NCBI RefSeq assembly: GCF_006345805.1
Contig: NC_043022.1
Location: 16,430,001 to 16,494,000 of the forward strand
Source: Octopus sinensis
Taxonomy: Eukaryota
Direction: 5' to 3'
DNA: 64,000 nt
Within the stretch, counting starts at the first letter, position 1; every line of letters starts with the position of its first letter. This document shows, one piece after another, positions 52,151 to 64,000 of this stretch. Below the pieces are notes generated by a model, which saw only the letters and a program-made list of their open reading frames with translations, was not told the origin of the DNA and searched no databases. The position numbers and the translations under genes were made by a program.

Positions 52151-54349
52151 TGAAAGCAAAACAATCTACAGAATGATGGAATGATTTCCCTATTTCAAAC
52201 TTGTTTAAACCATATTTTGTGTCTTAGCTCTAAATCCTGTCTGTTTTCCTCCTTCTGCCAATAATATTGATGAAACTTTCTACTGTTACCTTAACAATAT
52301 GTCTTTCATATACCATTGACCATTCTCTATTATAGCTCTAAAAACTGTTTTAATATCAGCATTTGTTATTCTAGTCTGTTTGGTGATATTTGGTCTCTTC
52401 CCAAATTAACAACGCTGGAATAGAATAGAGTGCATAATAAGTATCTTTAATGTGTGCACATAAGGTGGTTGCTGGTGATATAATAGATGATTTATAAGCA
52501 GACAGGCCATCATTCCATTCTGGCATGAAATGGTTTGGCATAGGGAGGAAGAGGAGGTGCTTGAAAGTCTAACCATTTGAAGGATATAACTGGGTAGACA
52601 TGATGACCTTCTGAATAAGATTAAAGGAATTTTAAATAAAATAAAAATTTATTCTTGAAATTAAATAGTTTTTATTTTTTTAAATAAAATATTTTTTACT
52701 AATGAAAATGAAAATATTCTTTTGTCTGGGAAAGAAAGCTATTATGTGATTGGTGTTTATTTATTGATGATTGAGAGATATTTTGAATCAGGAATCTGTG
52801 ACATAAAACTAGATACCATGAAACATTTTCATTGATCTGTCTGTTGCATTTTAACTTCCTGTCAAAAGGTAAAATGTTGGTGAAAAAACTAATTTGTTCA
52901 CATTGTTGTATCTGTGACCTGAGAACTTCTCAGGTAAGGAAACCTGTCTTGTAACAAAGCTTCTATTCACTGTATTTAGGTTTAATAAAACCTCAATGTA
53001 TGTCGCAACTGGATGTGATATGTTGGGAGGGCAAAGAGCTTAGTGATGATAGGAGATAAAACATAGACTTAGTTAATAATTTACTTCAGTAATCACACGG
53101 TTGTAAGTTCAATCCTGCTCAAGTTATCTTAAGTAAGTGTCTTTTACTACAGCCTCAGGTTGGCTCAACTCTTGTAAGTGAAAATAAGTTGACAGAATCT
53201 GTGTTGAAACTCACCAGCTTGGGTGTAATTGTTTTCCACTCCTTCTAACACCACCCCTTGAACCTTACGTTGTCTTTCATATTGTCTACTCTGTTAAAAA
53301 AAAAAACATTTGAACCAGGTCCCTGGGATGAGAACATCAGTACTTTCTTCCTTTCTCTTTCAGCCTTGAGACACCTGGCAAAAATGTCTTCCTCTAGTTT
53401 AAAAAAACATGACTTTAAAAATTTAGCCAAGGAGAAGAACAATAACAAACACTGTTATCTGAGTATATTTTTTCATATGCAGCTATCCATCTATTTATTT
53501 ACTGTTCCTGTATCCACCCATTTAGCCATCTATCTGTCTGTTCTTCCATCCATATTTGCAGGAAGCTCAGCTCATTTCTAATTTGTCCTAATTTGTATCA
53601 CTCGTGTCAGCACAAGAAAATAAATGAAAAAAGAAAGAAAGAAACACATATAAGTTGATCTTGCGTTTGTTTGTCTTTTTTGCTGCTGGTCTGCAACGAT
53701 CAGGCTGACCAATGATCAAAACCATTCTAACCGCCGCCTTCAATTCAAACAGTGTTCCTAAGACTACATTATGTAAAGCGTACCTTCATTTGTTTTAAGG
53801 ACAGTAATGTGTAATTTGAGGGGAAATTTGGTTGTTATTTCTAGCAGGTTGAGTTATCGCACAGAAGATCCCTTGTTGGCTTGTACATGTTGATGCTGTG
53901 ATGATGATGTTTGTTGTTTAATGGTGTTTACTTTTCAATATTTCTCTTGAAAGATACTTTCAGTTGTTTCAGTGTTAACACTTGCTTCATTGCAATTACA
54001 TTACGGGATGGTGTTGTTACTCTGTACTCAAACATTTTGGACCCCTTCCAGAGAAGGACCACTTGACTAATTGATATTCAATCCCCAACAGACACACTCC
54101 AGCCTCTGGTCCACAAACATGATGTCTCCTGCTTCTCTCTTTTCTATCAATACTATAATGGCCTCTGTTCCACGGAGCTGGCCTCAGTCTTGCAGCCCAC
54201 TCATTTCTCCATCTCTCATCACACTTGGTGCATTCAACTCTCCTCAGCCCTGCAATTTAAATCCAATCTCTTCTCCCCACAAAGTCAACCCCCTGGAATC
54301 TTCTTCTCAGTCACGTGTATCCTGTATGTATTGACCTACAACTGTTTAA

Positions 54350-54563
54350 TCCTTTAACATTTAAGCCATATCAGATCAGGCCCAAATATTCCATCTGATT
54401 TATGTTCAAACCAGCTAGATCTGGCCTTTCATACCAACTCAACAAGGTCATTCTAATTATAGACAATCACTTCATGAGAATCTTAAAGCTTTGGGATAAT
54501 GCATAAATAATTCAAAACAATGTGAATAAATAAGCATTACATTTGCCGGAGTGACCTAAAGGG
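54350..54563. mobile_element. piggyBac-type MITE (family P1, reverse)
   Basis: TTAA at 54346-54349 and 54564-54567. Ends TCCTTTAACAT / CTAAAGGG. Confidence 0.7.
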
Positions 54564-54878
54564 TTAAGCAATAATTTTATCAACCTCACCGGTCTTGGAA
54601 AGCTTGTAAAGGCCATGGGCACTGCTCCTTCCTCCAGACTCAACAGGCAGATAAAAGAAATTAATTAGGGGAATCTTCTGATTTGATTTTGGATTTTGTT
54701 AATGATGTGGATCCATTTCTAGGTAATATTCTGTGGCTGTGTAAAGTTGGTTTATTTGTTGTTATTTTAAAATTGAATGAACTTCAGAAAGAGTTACCAG
54801 GAAAATATATATATATTTGAAATAAAATTTCAAGTGGAGATTGGCATGTACTTATATTTTATATACTTTATATTGACT

Positions 54879-54922
<44 letters not shown>

Positions 54923-54934
54923 TGAGTGTATTCG

Positions 54935-55410
54935 AGGTTGTAGAAATTTTCAATATTCCTTGACTGGAACAAAAATCAGATGAAAATATTTCAGATAACA
55001 ACTTCCTCATCTATAGAAGTTACTTTGAAAAATTATAGGAAGATTCCTGGCTGGCTTCTTTCTTCGTTCTTTGTTGGAACAACCAATGTAGATATTGAGG
55101 AATTGATTGATGTGAACATGGATCTTCGGGCAAAGGCATTGTTCAAATATAAAGGTTTTACTGATTTCTGGATCAATGAAATCACTGCAACCAAATATCT
55201 AAATCTAAGGGAATCTGCTAGTACATTCTAGACTTGCATTTTCCAAGTCCATATATGGTCACAACTACACTCTGTCATATAAATACACTGTTAAGTTAAC
55301 AAACAAACTTAACATCACTGAATGTGGTGAGCTCAGACTCAAACTCCTACCAGCTTCTCTTAAATGTCCATCCTATCGTTAATGCACATCAGCTCTAATC
55401 ATCTCATTAA
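54935..55410 (+). mobile_element. hAT (Buster/Charlie-type) transposase C-terminal pseudogene fragment
   Basis: IPGW...IEELIDVNMDLRAKALFKYKGFTDFW...KY..L...FPSPYMV...LNITECGELRLKL resembles the hAT dimerisation domain. Contains stops and frameshifts. Confidence 0.7.
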
Positions 55411-55475
55411 GATTCTTTATTCAAAAAACTATTTCTTCATCTCTTGATGGTTCTGTTTTATCTCTGTTGCCTTAA

Positions 55476-55769
55476 CCCCTTACCCAACAATTATTTTGAA
55501 AATAAATGTATTTTTTCAGACATATTTTGTGACTAAATCATACTCGGTCTTCAATGTCTTACTCAAGCGAAAGGTGGCAGAAATCGTCACTGCCAGACGT
55601 ATAAAGTGAGCGAATATACTCGTATTTGTCAAAAAAGAGTTTATAATAGACAAAGGAACTCGTTTGCTGTCGATTTTGGCGAGTCTATCTTTTGACGAGT
55701 TAACTCGCCAGAGATAGAAAAAAATGATTTCGGTCAAAACACATATATTTGTTTCTGCTGGGTAAGGGG
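55476..55769. mobile_element. piggyBac-type MITE (family P3), young
   Basis: TTAA TSD at 55472-55475 and 55770-55773. TIRs CCCCTTACCCAACA / TGCTGGGTAAGGGG (13/14 match). CpG-rich interior. Confidence 0.85.
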
Positions 55770-56594
55770 TTAATAGAGTAAAATATCCAATTGTATCTTT
55801 TCTTTTCTTCCTATAGTTCAGATATTAAATCAGAAATTTGGGAAAGGTATGTTAGTCTAAAAACAATTTTAAAAAATAGAAAATTCACTGGAAGATTAAG
55901 CTTATTTGGCATTCTTGAAGTTTTGTGGAATAGATTTAAAAGTGGTTTTTTTTTAACCAATTAATAATTAATTTGTATCAGTGACAAAGTACAATCTACT
56001 GATATTTCATGCAATAAACATTTGGTTTTGTTAGAAAAGAAGGGAGATACCTTTTTTTTTTTTTAGAATTTGCTTTATGTTATTGTCAGTATTACTCATT
56101 TTCCAGTAATGCAAAGTAGTAAAATATTTGTCTTTGATTTCTAACAATGAACAATATTAACATTTGAAATGTTCATACAACGTATTTTATTGCTGAAAAA
56201 TATAGGTTGTTAAAGTTTTGAATACTGTTCATAATTTTAATTGCTTTAAATAGGTTATCATTGATAATTTTTTTTTTCTTAATGGATACACTCATTTGTA
56301 AACTCTCTTTTGAATGGACTCCAATAAATTCCAACATTACCATATTATTCTACAGGGTGTGTAGGGGAGGTAGGGGTAAGAGGGTTCAATAAAGGGTCTG
56401 TATGTCTGTAATGGGGTCAAACAATTTAGAAGTTCAAGAACTTTGCTTCAGACAATATATAAGTAAATCTATGGTTTCAGTTTTGAAGAGAATTTACTTC
56501 AATGTGTTTGTAAAGAAGCAAATCTCTAACTATGCCTACATACTTATATTTACATTATCTAGAGAAGCCACTTGCTAGAGAGGCCATAGGCCTA

Positions 56595-56653
56595 GGGTCT
56601 GAAGAAACGCTGTAAAACTAAGCACTTGATGAACGTGAAACCCAGGGTAACCT
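56595..56653 (+). ncRNA. Type I hammerhead ribozyme motif with palindromic stem III, in a pLTR-like element at about 56560-56745
   Basis: GGGU-CUGAAGA-A-ACG (24-nt loop) CGU-GAAA-CCC A GGG-UA-ACCU. Intact core, GUA triplet (cut after 56649), then about 90 nt to (AT)n. Confidence 0.7.
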
Positions 56654-56787
56654 CATAGACCAGCCATGTCTATCTTTATCCATATACTCTACTGCTCTAA
56701 TGCTTAGAGTGTACTCCCTTTTTGGGATTTATGATTTACCAACGATATATATATATATATATATATATGCACATATATATATATATG

Positions 56788-56899
56788 TACTTCATTTGTG
56801 GGTTAACAAGGCTACCATTGATTTCAGGCTTTATAATTGTTGAGAACTTTATCTCAGTATGAAACCAGCAGTAACCTTGTTAACCACAAATAAAGAATA
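56788..56899. repeat. Imperfect foldback hairpin next to (AT)n
   Basis: ttcatttgtgggttaacaaggctac...tttca pairs with tgaaa...gtaaccttgttaaccacaaataaag. Confidence 0.75.
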
Positions 56900-57070
56900 T
56901 TTAGCCACTAATGCGATGTTGAGCACTCATTCTCACTGCTTGATATTAGCGTGCACACACACACACACACACACATTGGATAATTATTTTCATCAATAGT
57001 GCTTAACTATTAATTGCGGGATGTTTAGATAAACACCCATTTTACTTTAGTGTGAACTGTTTGAGAAATT

Positions 57071-57101
<31 letters not shown>

Positions 57102-57589
57102 TTTTCATATTTTCAATTGGTAATTGCTGTTCTATGCTTACCTGGAAATAAAAAAAAAAAAGAATTTCATTTCCCAAAAACTTTCTCAAATATTTGCTTA
57201 TCTTCAACATAACACATCTACGATTATTTCTTATTGATTCCAAAAGGTTTTGGAGTACATTTTAAAGTTTTTTTTTTTTGTTTTTTTTAGATATGTCTGC
57301 AAATTGAGAACTTTAGTTACTTGGCAGTTCTGTATTTTTATATTTTGTTTCAAATATTGTTGCCCTCCTCCTCACTTCAACTTAGATTTTGTACTGAAAT
57401 AATAATTCTATGTACCAGACATGTTGTGCTCTTCTCCCTGTTCCCTCCTCTGCTACAACAACAGTCTCGGCTCTTTCAAATTGGTCACACCCGAAACCAG
57501 TCACCCCACAAGCTCACCTGCTACCTTCATCCTTTTGCCTCTACCATTGTGTCTCACCCCCAAAATACTGCACAAAACACTTTACCGCT

Positions 57590-57800
57590 TTTACTGTTTT
57601 ACTTGTGGCCATGCTGGGGCATCACCTTCAAGAATTTTAGTTTAATGAATTGACACCAGCAATTATTTGTTCTAAAAGCCTGGTACTTATTCTATTGGTC
57701 TCTTTTGCCAAACTTCTAAGTTAAGGGAACGTAAACACACCAACACTGGTTTTCAAGTCATGGTGGAGAACAAACACAGGCCTAAAGACACACTTATACA
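57590..57800 (-). mobile_element. Family A SINE 3' half
   Basis: gtggccatgctggggcatcacc...ggtacttattctattggtctcttttgcc. Confidence 0.7.
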
Positions 57801-57806
57801 CACACC

Positions 57807-57841
<35 letters not shown>

Positions 57842-57850
57842 ATGTGTGTT

Positions 57851-57888
<38 letters not shown>

Positions 57889-57889
57889 G

Positions 57890-58275
57890 ACAGCTGTGTA
57901 AAAAAATGTCACTCTCTATCTGTGGAGGCAACTTGTGGAAGAGGTATAATCAGGAAAACATAGGATGAGGTGGTGAAGCATGATCTTCAAACGTGGGATT
58001 TCATGGAGGTGATGACAAGTGATCGTGACCTTTGGTGAATACTTGTCAAGCCAAGTGAGGTCATAGTTGTAGCCAGTGCTGGTGTTGACACATAACAGCC
58101 CCCAGTGCCAGGGACACATAAATGGAACTCATGCTGGTGACATGTGAAATGCAACCACTACGCTCTTGGAGGGGTTGGCATTAGGAAGGGCATCCAGCCA
58201 TAAAAGCCAAAGTCAGACTGGATCCTTGTACAGCTCTCTGGCTTCCCAGTTCATGTAAAACCATCTAACCCATGC
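57890..58275 (+). mobile_element. RTE LINE 3' end including the ORF C-terminus
   Basis: TCGRGIIRKT*DEVVKHDLQTWDFMEVMTSDRDLW matches the RTE-clade pattern RGRPRKTW...D.......DR..W. It is followed by the family C UTR. Confidence 0.75.
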
Positions 58276-58615
58276 CAGCATGGAAAATGGACATATTTAT
58301 TTTGTAGATTAGGTAGACATAATTCACCCCTGCCTTTCAACCTCAGTATTTAAACTATGCATAGCACTGTTGTAGTACACATGCTGTGTGCATTCCTACA
58401 ATAACGTTTTCTTTACATGCTCTAAAGGCAGAACTAAATCTTCCTTCAACTCAGTCACACGTCTGTGTTTCGCTTATTTTTTGTGTATTTTACTGCATAA
58501 ATGTCACCAAATGCCTACCCTGAGTAATTACTGACAGCACATGCCTGATATAGATATAGATATATATATTCCACATATTCCAGTCTTTGCTTTCATATAT
58601 ATTCCTGTATGTATG

Positions 58616-58650
<35 letters not shown>

Positions 58651-60310
58651 ATGTGTGTGTGTGTATATATATATATATATACATGTGTGTGTGTGTTTAT
58701 ATATGTATGTATGTGTGTGTAAGTGTATGAATGTATGTATCTGTGTTTATGTGTCTGTATATGTGTTCATATGAGTCTGTGTATAAGTATATATATGTAT
58801 ATATATATATATTCTTATCTGCAATCACATGTGCACTGTTTTGCTTTAATCTGAAAATAAAATCTAATTTATTGTTAAAATATACATTTCCATAATCTCC
58901 ACAGTTATTTGATGTTATCAAAAATATTCGAGCGTAATTTTCGTTCTTTGCCATTGGCCACTATTTTACACCAGAATATTTTCCTATAATTCTCCTCAAC
59001 ATTTTCATCTTCATCAGCTTGTTTTGAGGAGATTAGTGCATTAAGTCCTAATCTCAACCCCCGACACAACTGTTGTTGTGATTTCTCACCAAGCTCACAT
59101 CATTAACTTTTAACCGTTCTCTATAATATCATTGTTGAAGTATGTTGTATGGCAGCCCTGACAGGACACTATCTTTCTTTACTACATCAATTATATTTCA
59201 AGAAACCATTAATAAAGGAACCAACAAATCTTAAGGATGGCCAAGTTTAATTATTAGTCGTGTCTTCCATAAAACACCTTTTACTCGTGTGTTTCAGTTT
59301 TCAAATCTGCATCAAACATTTTGAACTGCTTGGCTTGTTTTGAATTACTTCCTGGTATTTACAGAATGGCCTGGTTTTAGTCATTTGAAATCTTGGGAAA
59401 TATTTTCAGAGTAGCCTTATGGAAATTAGGTAATTTATATTGTTAATTCACACAGAGAGAAGTCATAATTTTTCTTTTTTGTTTTTTTAAATTTATTTTA
59501 ATTTCATCTTTTTAATTATTTCTTTATTTATTTTCCATCAATTTTTTTTCCCTTCTGTCTTATGAGTTTTATGGTTTGATTAATTCCAATATTTACATAT
59601 GAATTGTCTCAGAGTGTGTTTGTTTTTTAAGCAGAATTTTAGCTGTGAATTTGTGAAGTAGACAGAACGCCAATTTTTGACAAATTTGTTTGAGACAAGA
59701 AGAGTTAATGTATTTTGTTTAAGCAAATAAATTTGAGCCGAGTCTGGTACATATGATGTGATGAAAATTCACTTGTACACTCAAAGTTTATATTTGATCA
59801 CTCATCTGTTCAATTTGAAAAACATTTTCAGTTTTATTGGGTTTTGAAAGTAAAAAGAGAATACAGATTCTAATGAGATGTTACAATTCTCTGTAAACAG
59901 CAAGTTTTTTTATCAATTTTTCCCTCATTTAGCTCACCTAGAAAAGAGGAAGTAGTTTTACTTTCCAACAAGAATGGTTCATTATTGATGCAGGTATTTT
60001 GATATTCGTTGAAAGAAATCAGTAATCATATTGTTGATGCTCACAAAATCATTTTCTGTATCACTTTATTACATCTCAACATTAACTAGTCTTGTGTGTT
60101 TGTTTAATGCAGAAAGAAAATAGAATTAAGTGGATCATTTAACACAATTTGATGTTTCATATTTCTGAGTTCAAATCTTGTTGAGACTTATGTTTCATTG
60201 ACGTTTATAAGTTTAAATATCTTAGGATTTGGTCTAACCACAACATTCCTTTTCTTACCAATATATTTTCTAATTACTAAAGTTTACAACCATGAAGATT
60301 CTATCTATGG

Positions 60311-60471
60311 CAGTGGTTCTCAACTGTAGCTCCTAGGGCCACATGCAGCCCTTAGTGGTGGTCTTCCTTCATAAATATTATTTTTTTTAACTGACTTGTA
60401 CTTTACTTTTTTTTTTTTTGGTGCAGCTTCTAAAAAACTCCAGGTTTTGGATCTGTCCCTGAGAACCACTA
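60311..60471. mobile_element. hAT MITE with perfect 8-bp TSD
   Basis: TIRs CAGTGGTTCTCA / TGAGAACCACTA. TSD ATCTATGG at 60303-60310 and 60472-60479. Confidence 0.9.
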
Positions 60472-61937
60472 ATCTATGGGTATGACTTGAGGAAGATTTA
60501 GCTATGATCTCTAGCAGAATGACTTTATAGAGGCACCTATTACTACTATTACTTAACTTAGTTTTCCTTACTTTTTTTTCTTGCTACTTTAAAAAAAAAT
60601 TTTTATTTTATGTTTTACTTAACTATAATTAACAAGGATATGCCATCAGTTAAAAGACAAGTTAATTAGCAAAAGCCAGTCAACTTTCATTTTAACCAAT
60701 TGTAGTTATTGTTAATTAAATATATTTTCAAGTAAACGAAGTGTTGATTGATGATTAGGAGCAAGGTGAATGTAGGTAGTGATGAAATATTTATAGTTTG
60801 TAGCTGTGTCCCTTAAATCTAATATGGTAACTAAATAGCTGCTGTACACAGTAAAAATAGCAAGTTATTTTCAGTTTAGAAAACAAATGGTTAGTTAAAG
60901 TGAATTTGTTTTGCAGGCAGAAGTAGCATTTTAATTATTGTCAGAGCTTATACTTCGAGGCCATAACTAACTCTGCATCAGTTTTGTCAATAGCTTTCCC
61001 CATTAACACTTCATAATGACGGAAATGTTTTTAGAATGAAGAAAGAATTGATATATACATATATATATCTATCTATCTATCTATCATATATATATATATA
61101 TATACACATAATTGTTAAATTAGATGATACCGAGACATCAGTACTTTTGTAGATCAAAACTAAATTTGAAATAGAAACGTTTTTAAAACTCAATCTAGAC
61201 AAAATGTTGTTTGTCACTCTCCAAGAAAAAAAAATCAATACAATACCATTTATTCCAATTTGTTCTTATTCACTGAGTTTTCTGCGAACAACTTATTTGT
61301 TAGCTCGGTATTAGATTCTTGATCAGAAAAACAAAAAGTTTGGTTTCATTTTTATTTCTGATATCTCTAACTTTACTTGAGGAGATGAAGAGAATTCTAG
61401 AATAGAGTAAAAGTACCTGCTTGATTGATTAAACCCCTAAACCAAACCTTGATACTCGTGTCGTAAAGTATGTATGAAATACCATGTTAGTAGAATCTAC
61501 TGACGAGTGTATGTGTGACTGTGTGCATGTGTGTTTATATGAGTGTATATACATACATGCATACCTACATATATATATATATATGAGTGTATATGCATGT
61601 ATATGTATATATATATGTGTGGCATATATATGTGTGTATATGCATGTATATATATATATATATATTGATGTATACATATATGTATGCATGTATATATGTA
61701 CATATGCATACACATATATATGCTTGTGTATATGCAAATATGCATTTATATATGTACAAATGTACTTAAGTGTGTGTGTGTGTGTGTGTGTACAGAAGTA
61801 GATAAAGTCATTTGTCCACAAGCCAAAGCAGAAGTTTATTATCAGAGCCAATAATTTCGAAAACAGTGAAGTCAGTTCTTTATGTTGAAGTTCAGGTGTG
61901 ATAAGCCAACTTCATTCAATATGTGGTTGTTTAGATG

Positions 61938-61973
<36 letters not shown>

Positions 61974-63007
61974 AGAGAGAGAGATGGAGAGAGAAGGAGA
62001 GAGAGAGAGAGAGAGAAGGAGAGAGAGAGATGGACACATTTATGTTTCAATACTTTACACAGACCGTTTCTTGTTTGATTTTCAGATGCCATATATACAT
62101 TTTGGGGTTAATTGCTTTTATCATAAACAAGTTTAGGATTTACTATTGTGGTTGTTTAACCTCAGGTCAGTATTGATTGAGTAGACACATGATCAAAGAT
62201 GTTCCTGCCATGACTATCCTGCTTTTTTCTTTCTTAATTTAAAAAGTATATTTTTAACCAGTAAGGTAGGATTTAAGGGGGAAATAACTGCTGTTTCTAG
62301 GAGGCTGAGGTACCCTATAGTTGTTCAGTATTTAAGCTATTTAAAGTTGCTTCACTTATGAATAAATACATTAAAAAATATATATATTTTTTTTTTTTGT
62401 ATTTACTCCCTACCAAAGCACTCTTTACCTGGAGTGAGGTTAGAAAAGGAGAGATCTCCATGGAAACTAAGGAGTACTAGTGCGACTGGATAAATGTTTA
62501 AAAAGGACATATAGCTGTGAGACATCGATAACAAATATGCACACACACATAAACACTGACATATACCTCGTTCTCTACAGAGATGTATATCTAGAATCAC
62601 ACACACACACACACACACACACACCAAATATAAAAAATAAAGAAACTAACAGCATTGGAACTAGGAGAGCAGACATGAACAATGTTGATATTAAAATTCA
62701 TAAAATAAAACAGAAATAGTTTTTGTCTTGGCTTAAATCAATACATTTCGTTTTCTTGATTTTTGATGTTGCTAGTGTTCCTGAAAGAAGGTCATTCTGC
62801 TTGTAAATAGCACAGAGTGAGCAGTTTTGTTTTGGCTACAGACAGGCAAAGGGTTAGAGCTTTTTAGCTGAGGAGGAGAATGGTTTTATGATAATTCTCT
62901 TCCATCTCATTGGTTAGCAATTGGCAGATAAGAAAAATTACATCTCATCTAAAATTAAATTTAGAAATCATTTTCTGTTATTCTTAACTAAAACTATGAC
63001 CAATTTC

Positions 63008-63030
63008 CATCATCATCATCATCATCATCA

Positions 63031-63071
<41 letters not shown>

Positions 63072-63096
63072 GTTATTATTTTTATTATTATTATTA

Positions 63097-63142
<46 letters not shown>

Positions 63143-63147
63143 CATTA
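63008..63147. repeat. (CAT)n-(TAT)n microsatellite
   Basis: Direct reading. Confidence 0.95.
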
Positions 63148-64000
63148 ATTGTATCTAATGTTACTCACTGAAGCTAAAATAACAATGTTGCCTTTCACAG
63201 AAACTCTTACCCCATTGTGTGTTGTTCTCCATTGTTATAAGCTCTCCTTGTCTCCTATCAGCATCATCAATTGCTAGCCATCTCCTTATCAATCGGACCA
63301 AATTCTATAGAAACAAGTTAGGCATTGCAACACAAGGAACACGTTCTGGTGATTGAAAGAAACCAAAATACTGTTTCTCAAGTCCAGGAGACAAGAAATC
63401 ACTCATATCTCACATGATATCTTTTCAATGCCATTTTATTTAAGAACATTAGAAATGTTTCACAACTCACTTTGCGTCTCTGTTTAATTCAGCTTTTACA
63501 TTTTAAAACTGAAATTAATAACTCCACTAAAAAAAAGTAGACCTGTTTTGTTTTATGTTTGTTTTTGTCTGATTAATCCCAGGTGAAACCTTGATTGAGC
63601 AGCTCCACAACTAGTGGCATCCCAACAGTGCCCTGCCCTTTATTTTTACAGACAGGTTATCTTATGCTATCCAATCCAGTGTGATCTTCCCTGTTTTTAA
63701 GACTGGAACATGGATTTGAGAGAGACTTAGCTTCTATTTCTAGCAAGATGCATGACTACTTAACGAAGCCAGTTTTTTTCTCATTTGTATCAATTATCCA
63801 TTTTAAACATAAATCTAATGCTAGTAACACTTATAATTATCCTTAAAATTCGAGTGGTGTTTGTATAAACTGTTTGGGGTATGTAACGTTTTAGAATAGG
63901 CTAACTTCATATGTAATAACATTTTTATGTTGGCTCCTAAATTCATTCTTCAGCTTTCATTCAAAATATCCTTTGTTGAATAAAGCTGTTGTTTTCGACT

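Noticed and set aside
58880-59450. Possible old mariner transposase remnant
   Set aside because: No clear TIR or continuous motif could be read.

Overview
AT-rich, microsatellite-dense eukaryotic DNA. The repeat families suggest an octopus (coleoid cephalopod) intron or intergenic region; this is inferred from recognising the repeats, not from a database search. I find no intact host protein-coding exon, and the supplied ORFs are mostly translations of (CA)n, (TA)n, (TTA)n, (CAC)n and (TTC)n tracts or of SINEs. The window is a mosaic of tRNA-derived SINEs (CORE-like and Meta-domain), RTE LINE 3' ends, decayed RLE-type LINE fragments (HERO-like, R4/Dong-like), a Tc1 left end, a hAT transposase remnant, and hAT and piggyBac-type MITEs. 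The main unannotated signal is a set of about ten type I hammerhead ribozyme (HHR) motifs read by eye from about six different short non-coding element families. Almost all of these elements abut (TA)n microsatellites. They occur as a spacer-less ~700-bp palindrome, a tail-to-tail pair, a tandem dimer and solo copies. This fits Penelope-like pLTR or retrozyme-type non-autonomous ribozyme elements that target (TA)n. Several motifs keep the conserved catalytic nucleotides and have palindromic stem III sequences that point to dimeric cleavage. All coordinates were counted by hand and element boundaries are approximate.
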